A stretch of DNA of 33,567 bases from an uncultured Clostridia bacterium (GTDB taxonomy: Bacteria; Acidobacteriota; Aminicenantia; UBA2199): positions 1 to 33,567 of the forward strand of contig CAYVBC010000003.1 of assembly GCA_964449545.1 (NCBI GenBank), given 5' to 3'. The notes beneath the pieces were generated by a model, which worked only from the letters and a program-made list of their open reading frames with translations, ran no database searches and had not been told where the DNA came from. Numbering within the stretch: position 1 is the stretch's first letter; each line of letters starts with the position of its first letter. This document shows, in pieces, positions 23,912 to 33,002 of the stretch. A program made the position numbers and the translations under genes.

Positions 23912-25073
23912 ACCCGCCTGGTGGACCCTCTTACTGGCACTGGCCCTGATTCCCTTTTCCATGGCCGCCTGTTCCCTTCTTTTCAGCCTTCTGCTGATCC
24001 TTTTCCTCTTCTCCCTGATCCGGGGCGACATCCATCTTACCCTTCCTCCCTATGTCATCTGGTTGGGAGCCTATGCCGCATTTACCCTCATTTCCACGAT
24101 ATTTTCCCGCGAACCGCTGATCAGTCTGCAGGACAACCGTGAACTTTTCGTCTTTTTTCTCATTCCCATATTTCAGGTTGTCATCCATTCCCGGTCCAGG
24201 CTTCGCATCGCCCTTGGAGTGGTTCTTTCCTCCGCCCTGATCTCCGCCCTGATCGGCATATTCGGAGCGTTGAACAGCGGTATTTCCCTCTCCAATCGCC
24301 TGAGGGGCATGACATCTCACTGGATGACCTGGTCCGGTCTACTGATGATGGTTTTCGTCTTCTTCGTGGTCTGGTATTTCAGCCAATTGAAAGAGGGGCC
24401 CACAATCCATTTACTGATCCCCGCTTTGCTGATACTCTTGACAGCCATCCTCTTCTCACTCACACGCTCAATGTGGCTGGGAATCATGGTTTCTCTCGGC
24501 CTCTATCTGATCTTCAGAAAACCACGGATCCTGGCAATCATCCTGCCTCTCATGGCCGTCGCCTGGCTCCTGCTTCCCCAATCCATCACCCGGAGAATTA
24601 CCTCAATCGTCGACCCATCGGATCCCACCAACCGCGACCGGATTCACATGGTGGTTACGGGATGGCATATTTTCCTGGATTATCCCATTACCGGTTCCGG
24701 ACCCAACACGATTCCATCGGTATATCCAGAATATCGCCTTCCCGAAGCCATCCAGGACAATCCCCACCTGCACAACAACTTACTTCAGATCCTGGCGGAA
24801 CGCGGCATCTTCACCGCCCTTTCCCTTTTGGGATTTTTGATCTCCCTACTGATCCAACTCTATCGAAAAACCCGCCGGGAAGGGGGTCTTCAATCGGCCG
24901 TAACCACCGGGTCCCTCTTTCTGGTCATCGCCTTCATCACAGCGGGTTTCTTTGAATACAACTGGGGAGACACGGAGATCCAGTTCCTGCTGTTCTTCTT
25001 TATCACCATTCCCTTCCTCCCAGGGTTGAACCGGGCGGATGACGAAAAAAACGGACCGGTGGTGGCCTCATGA
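23868..25073 (+). CDS. O-antigen ligase-like (Wzy_C/WaaL family) polytopic membrane protein
   Basis: Multiple hydrophobic helices, with LTRSMWLG, ITGSGPNT and PHLHNNLLQILAERG motifs. The start is uncertain (ATG 23868 or 23874), and both overlap the GT9 gene end. Confidence 0.72.
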   Translation: MHMTYSKPFYAISAEPAWWTLLLALALIPFSMAACSLLFSLLLILFLFSLIRGDIHLTLPPYVIWLGAYAAFTLISTIFSREPLISLQDNRELFVFFLIPIFQVVIHSRSRLRIALGVVLSSALISALIGIFGALNSGISLSNRLRGMTSHWMTWSGLLMMVFVFFVVWYFSQLKEGPTIHLLIPALLILLTAILFSLTRSMWLGIMVSLGLYLIFRKPRILAIILPLMAVAWLLLPQSITRRITSIVDPSDPTNRDRIHMVVTGWHIFLDYPITGSGPNTIPSVYPEYRLPEAIQDNPHLHNNLLQILAERGIFTALSLLGFLISLLIQLYRKTRREGGLQSAVTTGSLFLVIAFITAGFFEYNWGDTEIQFLLFFFITIPFLPGLNRADDEKNGPVVAS

Positions 25074-26041
25074 TCAGCACTACCCGCTTCAGGAGTCTGA
25101 CATCCCGTTTCCCTCATCTGAAGATACTCGTAGTGGGGGACGCCATACTGGATCGCTATGTTTTCGGCCGTGTTGATCGCATATCTCCGGAAGCACCGGT
25201 ACCGATCCTTCGTGTTCAAAGTGAAGACGCCCGGCCCGGCGGAGCCGGTAACGTGGCGGACAATATCAGCCACCTGGGTGCCACCGCGATACTCGTCGGG
25301 ATCATCGGGGATGATGCCGCTGGACGTGAGCTCCTGCGGATCAGTCCCGCCAGTCACCGGCTCATCACACGTTCCGAAGTATCTACAGTCACAAAAACCA
25401 GGGTGATCGCTCAGCGCAACCAGATTGTACGCATTGATCGCGAGGAGACCCGGTCCATCTCTCCAAAGATTACGGAGGATCTGCTCAACCATATTCGAAA
25501 AGAGACATGTCACGGAATCCTGGTATCTGATTACGCGAAGGGAACCGTAACGTCCGAACTCATGGAGGGGCTGATCACCATCGCCCGTGAGGCGAGCATC
25601 CCCCTGATTGTGGACCCGAAACCCGCCAACGCTCACCTGTACAGAGGCGTCACCGGCGTAACGCCCAACCTTTCGGAAACTGAAGCGATCCTGGGGCAGA
25701 GGATCCACAACCACGACGATGCCCTTCAGGCGGCCCGTCGTCTCCAACACAGGCTGGACTGTCAATTTGCCATTATCACTCGCGGCGAACAGGGGATTAC
25801 CGCGGTGGAGAAACGGCGTCGCGGGTTCCACATTCCCGCCCTCAGCCACGAGGTGTTCGATGTCACGGGTGCCGGAGATACCGCGGCCGCGCTGCTGATC
25901 CTTTCCCTTTCCGCTTCCGCTTCGCTCAAGGAAGCCGTCACCCTCGCAAACACAGCCGCTTCACTGGTGATTGAAAAAGTGGGCACCGCGCATGTGACTC
26001 TTTCCGAGCTCTCTTCCAGATTCCATTCATTACGGATTTGA
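25070..26041 (+). CDS. hldA: D-glycero-beta-D-manno-heptose-7-phosphate kinase (RfaE domain I type, PfkB family)
   Basis: KILVVGDAILDRYVFGRVDRISPEAPVPIL and DVTGAGDT motifs. ATGA overlap with the upstream gene. No adenylyltransferase domain is attached. Confidence 0.88.
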   Translation: MISTTRFRSLTSRFPHLKILVVGDAILDRYVFGRVDRISPEAPVPILRVQSEDARPGGAGNVADNISHLGATAILVGIIGDDAAGRELLRISPASHRLITRSEVSTVTKTRVIAQRNQIVRIDREETRSISPKITEDLLNHIRKETCHGILVSDYAKGTVTSELMEGLITIAREASIPLIVDPKPANAHLYRGVTGVTPNLSETEAILGQRIHNHDDALQAARRLQHRLDCQFAIITRGEQGITAVEKRRRGFHIPALSHEVFDVTGAGDTAAALLILSLSASASLKEAVTLANTAASLVIEKVGTAHVTLSELSSRFHSLRI

Positions 26042-26188
26042 ATCCCCGAAGTAGATATTTCCCCGGGTTTGAGTTATATAAATACTGTCTCAGAAATTCT
26101 CCAGAATACAGATCCGGCTTTTTGATCAAGAACGGCATTTTCTGAAAAACCCGGGTGCCGGTAAGGCCCCGGGAAAGGGGAGAACGGA

Positions 26189-26217
26189 TTGACATCAATC
26201 GGTCGTAATGGTAACAT
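26189..26217 (+). promoter_or_regulatory. Candidate sigma70 promoter TTGACA-17-TAACAT upstream of lptB
   Basis: TTGACA 26189-26194, a 17-nt spacer, TAACAT 26212-26217, located in the 210-nt intergenic region. Confidence 0.45.
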
Positions 26218-26251
26218 CAACTTTCATATTCGTACTTTTCATCTGTGACCA

Positions 26252-26968
26252 ATGAAAGCACTGGAAGGGGTACACTTAAGCAAATCTTTTAAAAGGCGTC
26301 GGGTTGTGGACGACGTCACGCTATCGCTCCGGGGAGGAGAAGTCATCGGACTTCTCGGCCCCAATGGAGCGGGAAAAACCACCACCTTCCGCATGATCCT
26401 GGGAATATACTCTCCCCAGAACGGACATATCCTCCTGAATGGAAAAGAGATCACACGCCTGCCCGTGTACACCCGGGCCCGCATGGGGATCGGGTTCCTT
26501 CCCCAGGAGCCCTCTGTGTTCCGTAACATGACGGTCTATGAAAACATGCAGGCCGTGGTGGAAATGCATCGCAAACTCAATGCGTCCCAGATCCCCGATG
26601 CCCTGGAAGAGATGAATCTTCTGGATGTGGTCAATCGCCGAGCCGCATTGCTTTCCGGAGGGGAACGTCGCAGGCTTGAAATCGCCCGGGCGTTGATCCT
26701 CTCTCCCGATTTTCTCCTGCTGGACGAACCCTTCGCCGGGATCGATCCCCTCCAGATCAACGAGTTGCAACGCCTGGTCCTGGGATTGCGTGACCGTGGG
26801 ATGGGAATCATCATCACGGATCACAATGTGAGGGAAATACTGGCCATCACGGACCGGTCCTATATCATCAACCGGGGGTCCGTGATATTCCATGGTGACT
26901 CCAACGCCTTGATCCGGAATGAACGGGTCAAAGAGGAATACCTGGGTTCTGATTTCAGGTGGAACTGA
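26252..26968 (+). CDS. lptB: LPS export ABC transporter ATP-binding protein
   Basis: Walker A GPNGAGKTT, signature LSGGERRRLEIARAL, Walker B LLLDEPFAGIDP. 238 aa, directly upstream of rpoN as in Proteobacteria. Confidence 0.92.
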   Translation: MKALEGVHLSKSFKRRRVVDDVTLSLRGGEVIGLLGPNGAGKTTTFRMILGIYSPQNGHILLNGKEITRLPVYTRARMGIGFLPQEPSVFRNMTVYENMQAVVEMHRKLNASQIPDALEEMNLLDVVNRRAALLSGGERRRLEIARALILSPDFLLLDEPFAGIDPLQINELQRLVLGLRDRGMGIIITDHNVREILAITDRSYIINRGSVIFHGDSNALIRNERVKEEYLGSDFRWN

Positions 26969-26969
26969 C

Positions 26970-28373
26970 ATGGGTACACGCCTCCATCTGAAACAGACCA
27001 CAAGCATTATTTTGAACCCGGTGGTCCACACCTTCCTGGAACTGTTGCCTCTCAACCGGCTTGAATTCGTGGATCGCATTCAGAACGAAGTGGATTCCAA
27101 CCCCATGCTGGAATTGGAAGAGCCCGTCACCCGGCAGTCCAACCGTGAAGAGATGGACAATGAAACCAATGCTCTTGAGGAGAAGCTGAACAGGGCGGAC
27201 GAAAATTTTGTCTCGCACTACAAGGAAAACGGATTCCTCAAGCCCGATCCCGACAGAATCGACAAAAACCGCGCCATTGAACTGTTCACCGCCAATACGG
27301 TGAACCTGGCGGATCACCTCATGGACCAGGCCCGTTCCGAATTCTCTCCGGAAGAACTACGCATCGCGCAGCATATCATATTTAACCTGAACAGTGATGG
27401 ATACCTTGACCTGCTCATGGAGTCCGTTGCCACTTCACTGGGAACAACTCCGGAGATCATTGAGCAGATCCGCGGCAGGATCACCGCTTTCGATCCCCAG
27501 GGCTCGGCCGCGCGCAATCTTTCCGAGTGCCTGATGGCCCAGGTTCCGGACATAGAGGAAAACCAGGTTCTCAGGGAGTTGATCCGGAACCATCTGGAGG
27601 ATCTTTCCCGCTCTCACTACGCGGTTATCATGAAGGAACTGGATATCACCGCCGAACGCCTGAATGAACTGATCGCCATGTTGCGACGTTTGAATCCGCG
27701 GCCCGCGGCACGGTTCGAACTGGATGAAACCGAATACGCGGAAATCGACCTGCTGCTTGTTAAAGACGATCAGGGATATCATGTCCGATACGTGGAAGAG
27801 GGCATGCCCCGCCTGATCCTGTCTTCATACTATACGGAGATGCTGGAAAATCCCCTGGACCGCAAGACCCGCTCTTATCTCAAGGAACGTCAGCGCAATG
27901 CCACTCTCTTCATTGACGGGATTGAATTGCGCAAAAAGATGATTGTCCGAATTGCCGAACACCTCGTTACGGAACAGAAGGACTTCCTGGATTTCGGGTC
28001 CAAGTGGAAAAAACCGCTTACCATGAAGGAAGTCGCCCGGGCATTGAATTACAACGAATCCACGATCTCCCGCGCGGTGAAAAACAAATTTCTGGCTTCC
28101 GACCGGGGGCTGATTTCCCTGCGCAGCTTTTTTACTCATGGATTAAAGGGAGAATTCGGATTCAAGCATTCCGTGGAAACTGTAAAGGAAAAAATTCTAC
28201 GCATTATAGAATCCGAGCTCCGGGAACATCCCCTTTCAGATCAGCAGATCGCCAATCAGTTGAATCAGCTTGGAATCAAAATATCCCGGAGAACGATCCG
28301 AAATTACCGGGAGGAACAGAATATTTCCAATTCCTCCAAACGCAGGGAAGAATACAAGTTAAAAGGAGTGTAA
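26970..28373 (+). CDS. rpoN: RNA polymerase sigma-54 factor
   Basis: RpoN box ARALNYNESTISRAVKNKF, with region I/III architecture. The ATG at 26970 is 1 nt after the lptB stop. Confidence 0.95.
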   Translation: MGTRLHLKQTTSIILNPVVHTFLELLPLNRLEFVDRIQNEVDSNPMLELEEPVTRQSNREEMDNETNALEEKLNRADENFVSHYKENGFLKPDPDRIDKNRAIELFTANTVNLADHLMDQARSEFSPEELRIAQHIIFNLNSDGYLDLLMESVATSLGTTPEIIEQIRGRITAFDPQGSAARNLSECLMAQVPDIEENQVLRELIRNHLEDLSRSHYAVIMKELDITAERLNELIAMLRRLNPRPAARFELDETEYAEIDLLLVKDDQGYHVRYVEEGMPRLILSSYYTEMLENPLDRKTRSYLKERQRNATLFIDGIELRKKMIVRIAEHLVTEQKDFLDFGSKWKKPLTMKEVARALNYNESTISRAVKNKFLASDRGLISLRSFFTHGLKGEFGFKHSVETVKEKILRIIESELREHPLSDQQIANQLNQLGIKISRRTIRNYREEQNISNSSKRREEYKLKGV

Positions 28374-28374
28374 A

Positions 28375-28923
28375 ATGAGCATTACCTTTACGGCCAAAAA
28401 CCTGAAAATCCCTGGCCCGATGAAAGCCTACGTTGAAAAATCCCTCAGCCGGATAGAACGGATCAGCGGCGACATTATCGATGCCGATGTGATCATCCAT
28501 CAGGAGAAATTGGGATACCGGGTTGAAATGAGTATTAAAACCCGCAATTTCTCTTATCATCTCGAAGAACAGGACCCCATTCTGAAACAGGCCCTGAGGA
28601 CCCTGCTCAACACCTTCAAATCTCAGGCAAAAAAGAATAAGGAAAAAATCAAGGAGGAGAAGAAACGCATGCATCGTGGTGACAGCCGCCGCGCGGCGCC
28701 TCCCGTAACCGCTTCTCCCCGGGGAGATTCATCTGAAGAAAAGCCCCAGGTTACCCTTTCCAACAATTTCTCGCCCAAACCGCTTTCCATTGAAGAAGCC
28801 ATATTCTATCTTCATGAAAGTGGTGACAATGCATACCTGTTCGTCAACGCGGACACCAACCACGTTACGGCTGTGTATTTCAACCGAAAGGGGAAACTGT
28901 CCCTGATTGAAGCCAATCAGTAG
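28375..28923 (+). CDS. hpf: Ribosome hibernation promoting factor, long form
   Basis: An N-terminal RaiA/HPF fold (MSITFTAKNLKIPGPMKAYVEKSL), a K/E-rich linker, and the C-terminal dimerisation domain KPLSIEEAIFYL..NAYLFVNADTNHVTAVY. Confidence 0.9.
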   Translation: MSITFTAKNLKIPGPMKAYVEKSLSRIERISGDIIDADVIIHQEKLGYRVEMSIKTRNFSYHLEEQDPILKQALRTLLNTFKSQAKKNKEKIKEEKKRMHRGDSRRAAPPVTASPRGDSSEEKPQVTLSNNFSPKPLSIEEAIFYLHESGDNAYLFVNADTNHVTAVYFNRKGKLSLIEANQ

Positions 28924-28928
28924 GTAAA

Positions 28929-29396
28929 GTGAAACTCAACAGCATATTAAAACCCGAGCACATCAAGATCGACTGCACCGCGAATTCCCGTGAAGAGTTG
29001 CTCACGGAAATCGTTTCCAGCCTGAAGGGCATGGGACTGGTCACGGATGCTCAGCAGATTATCGACAAGTTGATCGAACGTGAGCGCATGGGTTCCACTT
29101 CCATCGGCAACAACGCAGCAGTGCCCCACACCAAGATCCGCGGGCTCCAATCTCCCCTCATCTTTATCGCCGTATCCCGCAAGGGAATCATCTACCATGA
29201 ACAGGACAAAGCGCCGGTCCACCTGGCCATCCTCATCCTCTCGCCAAATGAGTCTCCAATCATCCACCTCCAGATTCTGGCCGCCGCCGCCTCGTTGATT
29301 AAAAAATCCAAAAACCTCATCCGGGACATTCTCAATGTGAAATCCCCCGATGAGGTACTGGAGATCATTCGCCGCAACGAATCTCAAGATGATTAA
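28929..29396 (+). CDS. ptsN: PTS EIIA(Ntr)-type nitrogen regulatory protein
   Basis: 155 aa with a GTG start. PTS_EIIA_2 pattern with phosphorylatable His in GNNAAVPHTKI. Confidence 0.85.
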   Translation: MKLNSILKPEHIKIDCTANSREELLTEIVSSLKGMGLVTDAQQIIDKLIERERMGSTSIGNNAAVPHTKIRGLQSPLIFIAVSRKGIIYHEQDKAPVHLAILILSPNESPIIHLQILAAAASLIKKSKNLIRDILNVKSPDEVLEIIRRNESQDD

Positions 29397-30333
29397 AAAA
29401 ACAGGCATTGAAATCCGTGAAATCAGTCTGCAAACGGATCTTGAGATTCAGCAAATCCTGAACGACCGCTGGCTGGAAAATAAAACCCGCCATCCCCGTC
29501 CCCAACGCCCCGGTCTGGCACTGGCCGGATACCATCGATACCTGGATAAACTGCGAATTCAGATTTTCGGCAAGACGGAAGTGGGTTACCTCGCTCAACT
29601 CGAAGCTCCGGAATGTGAAAAAAGGTTGCGACAATTTTTCGCCGCACGCATTCCGGCCCTCATCATCTCCGACGGCCAACCCGCTCAAGAAAATCTGGTC
29701 AGCGCAGCTTCCCGCTACCACACTTCCGTTCTGACTTCAAATCTGAAGACTTCGGTCCTCGTATCACGGCTCTCCTCATTCCTGTACCGTCATTTCTCAC
29801 AGAAAATCCGCATTAACGGTGTGCTTCTCGATATAAAGGGAGTCGGGACTCTGCTTACCGGAGATTCAGGCATCGGGAAAAGTGAATCCGCTCTGGAACT
29901 GGTCAATAAAGGGCATCAGCTTGTTTCTGACGACCTGATCGAATTCTATCTTGACCCCTATGACCGACCCGTGGGACGCTCAATCGAAAGGATCAAGCAA
30001 TGGATCGAAGTCCGCGGTCTGGGAATCATCAACATCGTGGATATCTTCGGCATCGGCGCTCTGCTTCCGGAGAAGAAGCTCGATCTGGTCATCAAGCTCG
30101 AAAAATGGAGTCCTCGGAAAAAATACGACCGCCTGGGTGAAGGGAAATTGTCGTTTAACATTCTGGGCAAGGAAATCCCCATGTTTATCATTCCCGTTGC
30201 CCCCGGACGCAATATCTCCACCCTTGTGGAAGTAGCGGTCAAGTATTACATGTCCCGTAAAAACGGCAGTAAGTCTTTCATTGAATATCTGGATGCCCAA
30301 CAAAATGAAACAGAAAAAAGAAAAACCGATTAA
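29389..30333 (+). CDS. hprK: HPr kinase/phosphorylase
   Basis: P-loop GDSGIGKSE and signature IEVRGLGIINI. The start at 29389 overlaps the ptsN end by 8 nt. Confidence 0.92.
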   Translation: MIKKTGIEIREISLQTDLEIQQILNDRWLENKTRHPRPQRPGLALAGYHRYLDKLRIQIFGKTEVGYLAQLEAPECEKRLRQFFAARIPALIISDGQPAQENLVSAASRYHTSVLTSNLKTSVLVSRLSSFLYRHFSQKIRINGVLLDIKGVGTLLTGDSGIGKSESALELVNKGHQLVSDDLIEFYLDPYDRPVGRSIERIKQWIEVRGLGIINIVDIFGIGALLPEKKLDLVIKLEKWSPRKKYDRLGEGKLSFNILGKEIPMFIIPVAPGRNISTLVEVAVKYYMSRKNGSKSFIEYLDAQQNETEKRKTD

Positions 30334-30745
30334 AAGCCTGCTCATCACCCACGGGAACCTGGGAGATGAACTGAAGAACATATCGGAAAAGATTCTTGAA
30401 CGTCCACTGGACCTTGAAACCATCAGCATTCTCTGGGGTGAGGATGGAACCGAGATCCTCAGCCGAATTGAAGTTTTCATAAAAAAACACGCCCAGTGTC
30501 ATATCATCATTTTCACCGATATGTTCGGGGGTTCTCCTTCCAACCTCTGTTTTCCATTTATCAGCTCCGATGTGGAAGTGATCAGTGGAATCAATCTTCC
30601 GGGATTGCTTAAATTCCTTACCTATCGCAATAAAGGTCTCCCCTTTCCGGATCTGGTCCGGATCACTCGCAAAGGGGCCATTGACGGCATCAATATCATT
30701 GGCGAATACTTAGGAGAAAAATCCGATGGTCGAAGAAAAAGTTGA
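30305..30745 (+). CDS. PTS EIIA, mannose family (soluble, stand-alone)
   Basis: LLITHGNLGDEL (active-site His) and FTDMFGGSPSN, collinear with my recollection of the E. coli ManX IIA domain. Confidence 0.8.
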   Translation: MKQKKEKPIKSLLITHGNLGDELKNISEKILERPLDLETISILWGEDGTEILSRIEVFIKKHAQCHIIIFTDMFGGSPSNLCFPFISSDVEVISGINLPGLLKFLTYRNKGLPFPDLVRITRKGAIDGINIIGEYLGEKSDGRRKS

Positions 30746-30995
30746 AATATCCAACAAGCTGGGACTTCATGCACGAGCGGCGGCAAAGCTGTCTCACCTC
30801 GCAAACAGTTTCAAGTCCGACATCTTTCTCATCTATAATGGAGATCGGGTGAATGCCAAGAGCCTTCTGGGAATCCTGACGCTCGCCGCTTCCGTAGGCA
30901 CCACGATTACCATTTCCGCGTCAGGAAAGGATGAATCGGATGCCGTGAAAACATTGTCCCACCTTTTCCTCAGAAAATTTGATGAGGAGAAATAG
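30726..30995 (+). CDS. ptsH: Phosphocarrier protein HPr/NPr
   Basis: His15 context NKLGLHARAAAKL and Ser46 context VNAKSLLGILTL, so both phosphorylation sites are present. Confidence 0.9.
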   Translation: MVEEKVEISNKLGLHARAAAKLSHLANSFKSDIFLIYNGDRVNAKSLLGILTLAASVGTTITISASGKDESDAVKTLSHLFLRKFDEEK

Positions 30996-31007
30996 CCTCC
31001 GGGTATC

Positions 31008-32765
31008 GTGTTCAAACTGAACGGAAAATCCGTTGCACCCGGCATTGCCCAGGGTGAGGCCTACGTCTTCAACCCTGACAACGGAATCGTCCAGCGCAAA
31101 CCCATCGCGGAAAAAAACCTGGATCGTGAGGTCCGGCAGCTTCATCGCGCAATTGAAAAAACACGGCGACAGCTGAAGAAGATCTCCGGCCACCTGAAGG
31201 AAGCCATGGGATCGGATTCCGCGCTGATCATCGGCACCCAGTCACAATTACTGGATGAAGGTATCCTGGTGAAAGAGGTGGAGCTTCAAATCCGCACCAA
31301 TCGGATTAACACGGAATGGGCCATCCGGGAAGTGGAGCAGAAATACACGGAGATATTCAGCAAAATCCAGGATCTGACCTTCCGCGAACGGGTGAATGAC
31401 ATCTCCGACCTCCTCCAGAGAATCGTTCGCAACCTTACGCGAAACGGCGCGGCCCCCACACCGACCCTGGACAACGTCATCCTTGTTGCCCGGGATATAG
31501 CCCCATCTGAAGCGGCCCATATCATGTCTCACGGCAAACTCCTCGGCCTTGTCCTCTCGGAAGGGGGAGAAACATCCCACACGGTCATCCTGGCTCGTAC
31601 CCAGGAAATCCCCGCGGTCATGAGCGTTGAAAACGCCTATGAAAAGATCCGCACCGGGGACCAGCTGATCGTGGACGGACTCAACGGAGAGATCACGGTC
31701 CATCCGGACAACCGTACCCGCCAGTCCTATTCCGTGAAGCGGGAAAAGTACGAGACCCACCGGGAACGCAGTCGCCAGGTCCTCAAACTCCCGGACCAGA
31801 CTCTGGACGGTCACGATTTTCACCTCTCCGCCAACATTGAACTTCCCATGGAAGTGGATATGCTCCAGCCCTATGGCGCCCTGGGAATCGGCCTTTTCCG
31901 CACTGAATTTCTCCTTTCGGACAAGCGGGTGGTGGATTCCGAAAATGAACAATACCTGATCTACAAAAATATTGCGCAGAAAATCTACCCCCACTCGATG
32001 ATTCTACGGACATTCGATGTGGGAAGAGACAAGCACCACGAAACACTGGGAAACCTCAATGAGCCCAACCCCGCTCTGGGCACCATGGCAATCCGCCTTT
32101 TTCTCCGCGAAGAAGCATTGTTCAAAATCCAGTTGAAGGCCGCTATGCGCGCCAACGAAAGCGGGAACGTCCGACTGTTGTTTCCCATGGTCACTGAGAT
32201 CGAGGAGATTCACACCATTCGCCGCCTGTTGGATTCATGCCGCAGTGAACTGGCGGCGGAGGGGATTGATACCGGGAAACCCATTCCCATTGGAATCATG
32301 TTGGAGATCCCCGGCGCTGTCAAACTCATCCCTCACCTGGGGGACATCGTGGATTTCTTCTCAGTGGGTACCAATGACCTCATCCAGTACCTGCTCGCGG
32401 CCGACCGCAACAACGCCTCCGTATCTTACCTGTACAATCCTTTTCATCCGGCTGTAATCCGCATCCTGATGGAGATCCGCGAGGAGGTAGCCCGCATCGG
32501 CAAAGAGGTCAATGTGTGTGGGGAAATGGCGGGGCAGGGATTCACCGCGCTCATGCTTCTGGGGATGGGGTACACCCATTTATCGATGAATCCCCTCTCC
32601 ATTGTGGAGATAAAACGCCTCTTCACGCACGTCCATCTGAATTTCATTCGCCGTGTGGTTCGTCACCTTCCCACCTTCGCTTCCCGATCGGACGCGGAGG
32701 AATATCTCATCGAAAAACTGCTGGATCGCTACCCCGCCCTCTTTACCCAGCAAGCTCTTTTTTAA
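31008..32765 (+). CDS. ptsI: Phosphoenolpyruvate-protein phosphotransferase (Enzyme I), no GAF domain
   Basis: GGETSHTVILAR active-site His and FFSVGTNDLIQY. 585 aa with a GTG start. Confidence 0.92.
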   Translation: MFKLNGKSVAPGIAQGEAYVFNPDNGIVQRKPIAEKNLDREVRQLHRAIEKTRRQLKKISGHLKEAMGSDSALIIGTQSQLLDEGILVKEVELQIRTNRINTEWAIREVEQKYTEIFSKIQDLTFRERVNDISDLLQRIVRNLTRNGAAPTPTLDNVILVARDIAPSEAAHIMSHGKLLGLVLSEGGETSHTVILARTQEIPAVMSVENAYEKIRTGDQLIVDGLNGEITVHPDNRTRQSYSVKREKYETHRERSRQVLKLPDQTLDGHDFHLSANIELPMEVDMLQPYGALGIGLFRTEFLLSDKRVVDSENEQYLIYKNIAQKIYPHSMILRTFDVGRDKHHETLGNLNEPNPALGTMAIRLFLREEALFKIQLKAAMRANESGNVRLLFPMVTEIEEIHTIRRLLDSCRSELAAEGIDTGKPIPIGIMLEIPGAVKLIPHLGDIVDFFSVGTNDLIQYLLAADRNNASVSYLYNPFHPAVIRILMEIREEVARIGKEVNVCGEMAGQGFTALMLLGMGYTHLSMNPLSIVEIKRLFTHVHLNFIRRVVRHLPTFASRSDAEEYLIEKLLDRYPALFTQQALF

Positions 32766-33002
32766 CAGAACACCCAACCTCCAATCAGAGGAATTCACTA
32801 TTGTTGTGGAAAACTCCTGATTTAAACCATGAATACTCAAGGCTCAACATGGTATTCTTGAATTGCACAATTCCTTCCTCGCATTACTCCCTATATAACT
32901 TGCTTTTCGGGGAAACAACCTGTTATCGCATTTCCCGAACTCTCGATTGACTTCTTATTCGATAGATGTCAAAATTGTATTTCACCGATCGGAGAACAAC
33001 GC

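Noticed and set aside
26148-26180. A CCCGGG..CCCGGG hairpin followed, on the minus strand, by a T-run (terminator-like).
   Set aside because: No minus-strand gene is positioned to be terminated there. On the plus strand it lacks a T-tract, so it is likely incidental GC-rich dyad symmetry.
26208-26255. A 15-codon uORF (MVTSTFIFVLFICDQ) whose TGA overlaps the lptB ATG.
   Set aside because: It has no SD, and its ATG lies inside the spacer of the best promoter candidate, so it would be upstream of the TSS. This is weaker than the dgt uORF case.
32850-32867. A sigma-54-like element, TGGTAT-N7-TTGCA, in the ptsI/M14 intergenic region.
   Set aside because: The GG to GC spacing is 2 nt longer than the strict TGGCAC-N5-TTGC consensus, and the -24 element is poor. 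No better GG-N10-GC match was seen in the other intergenic regions I read.
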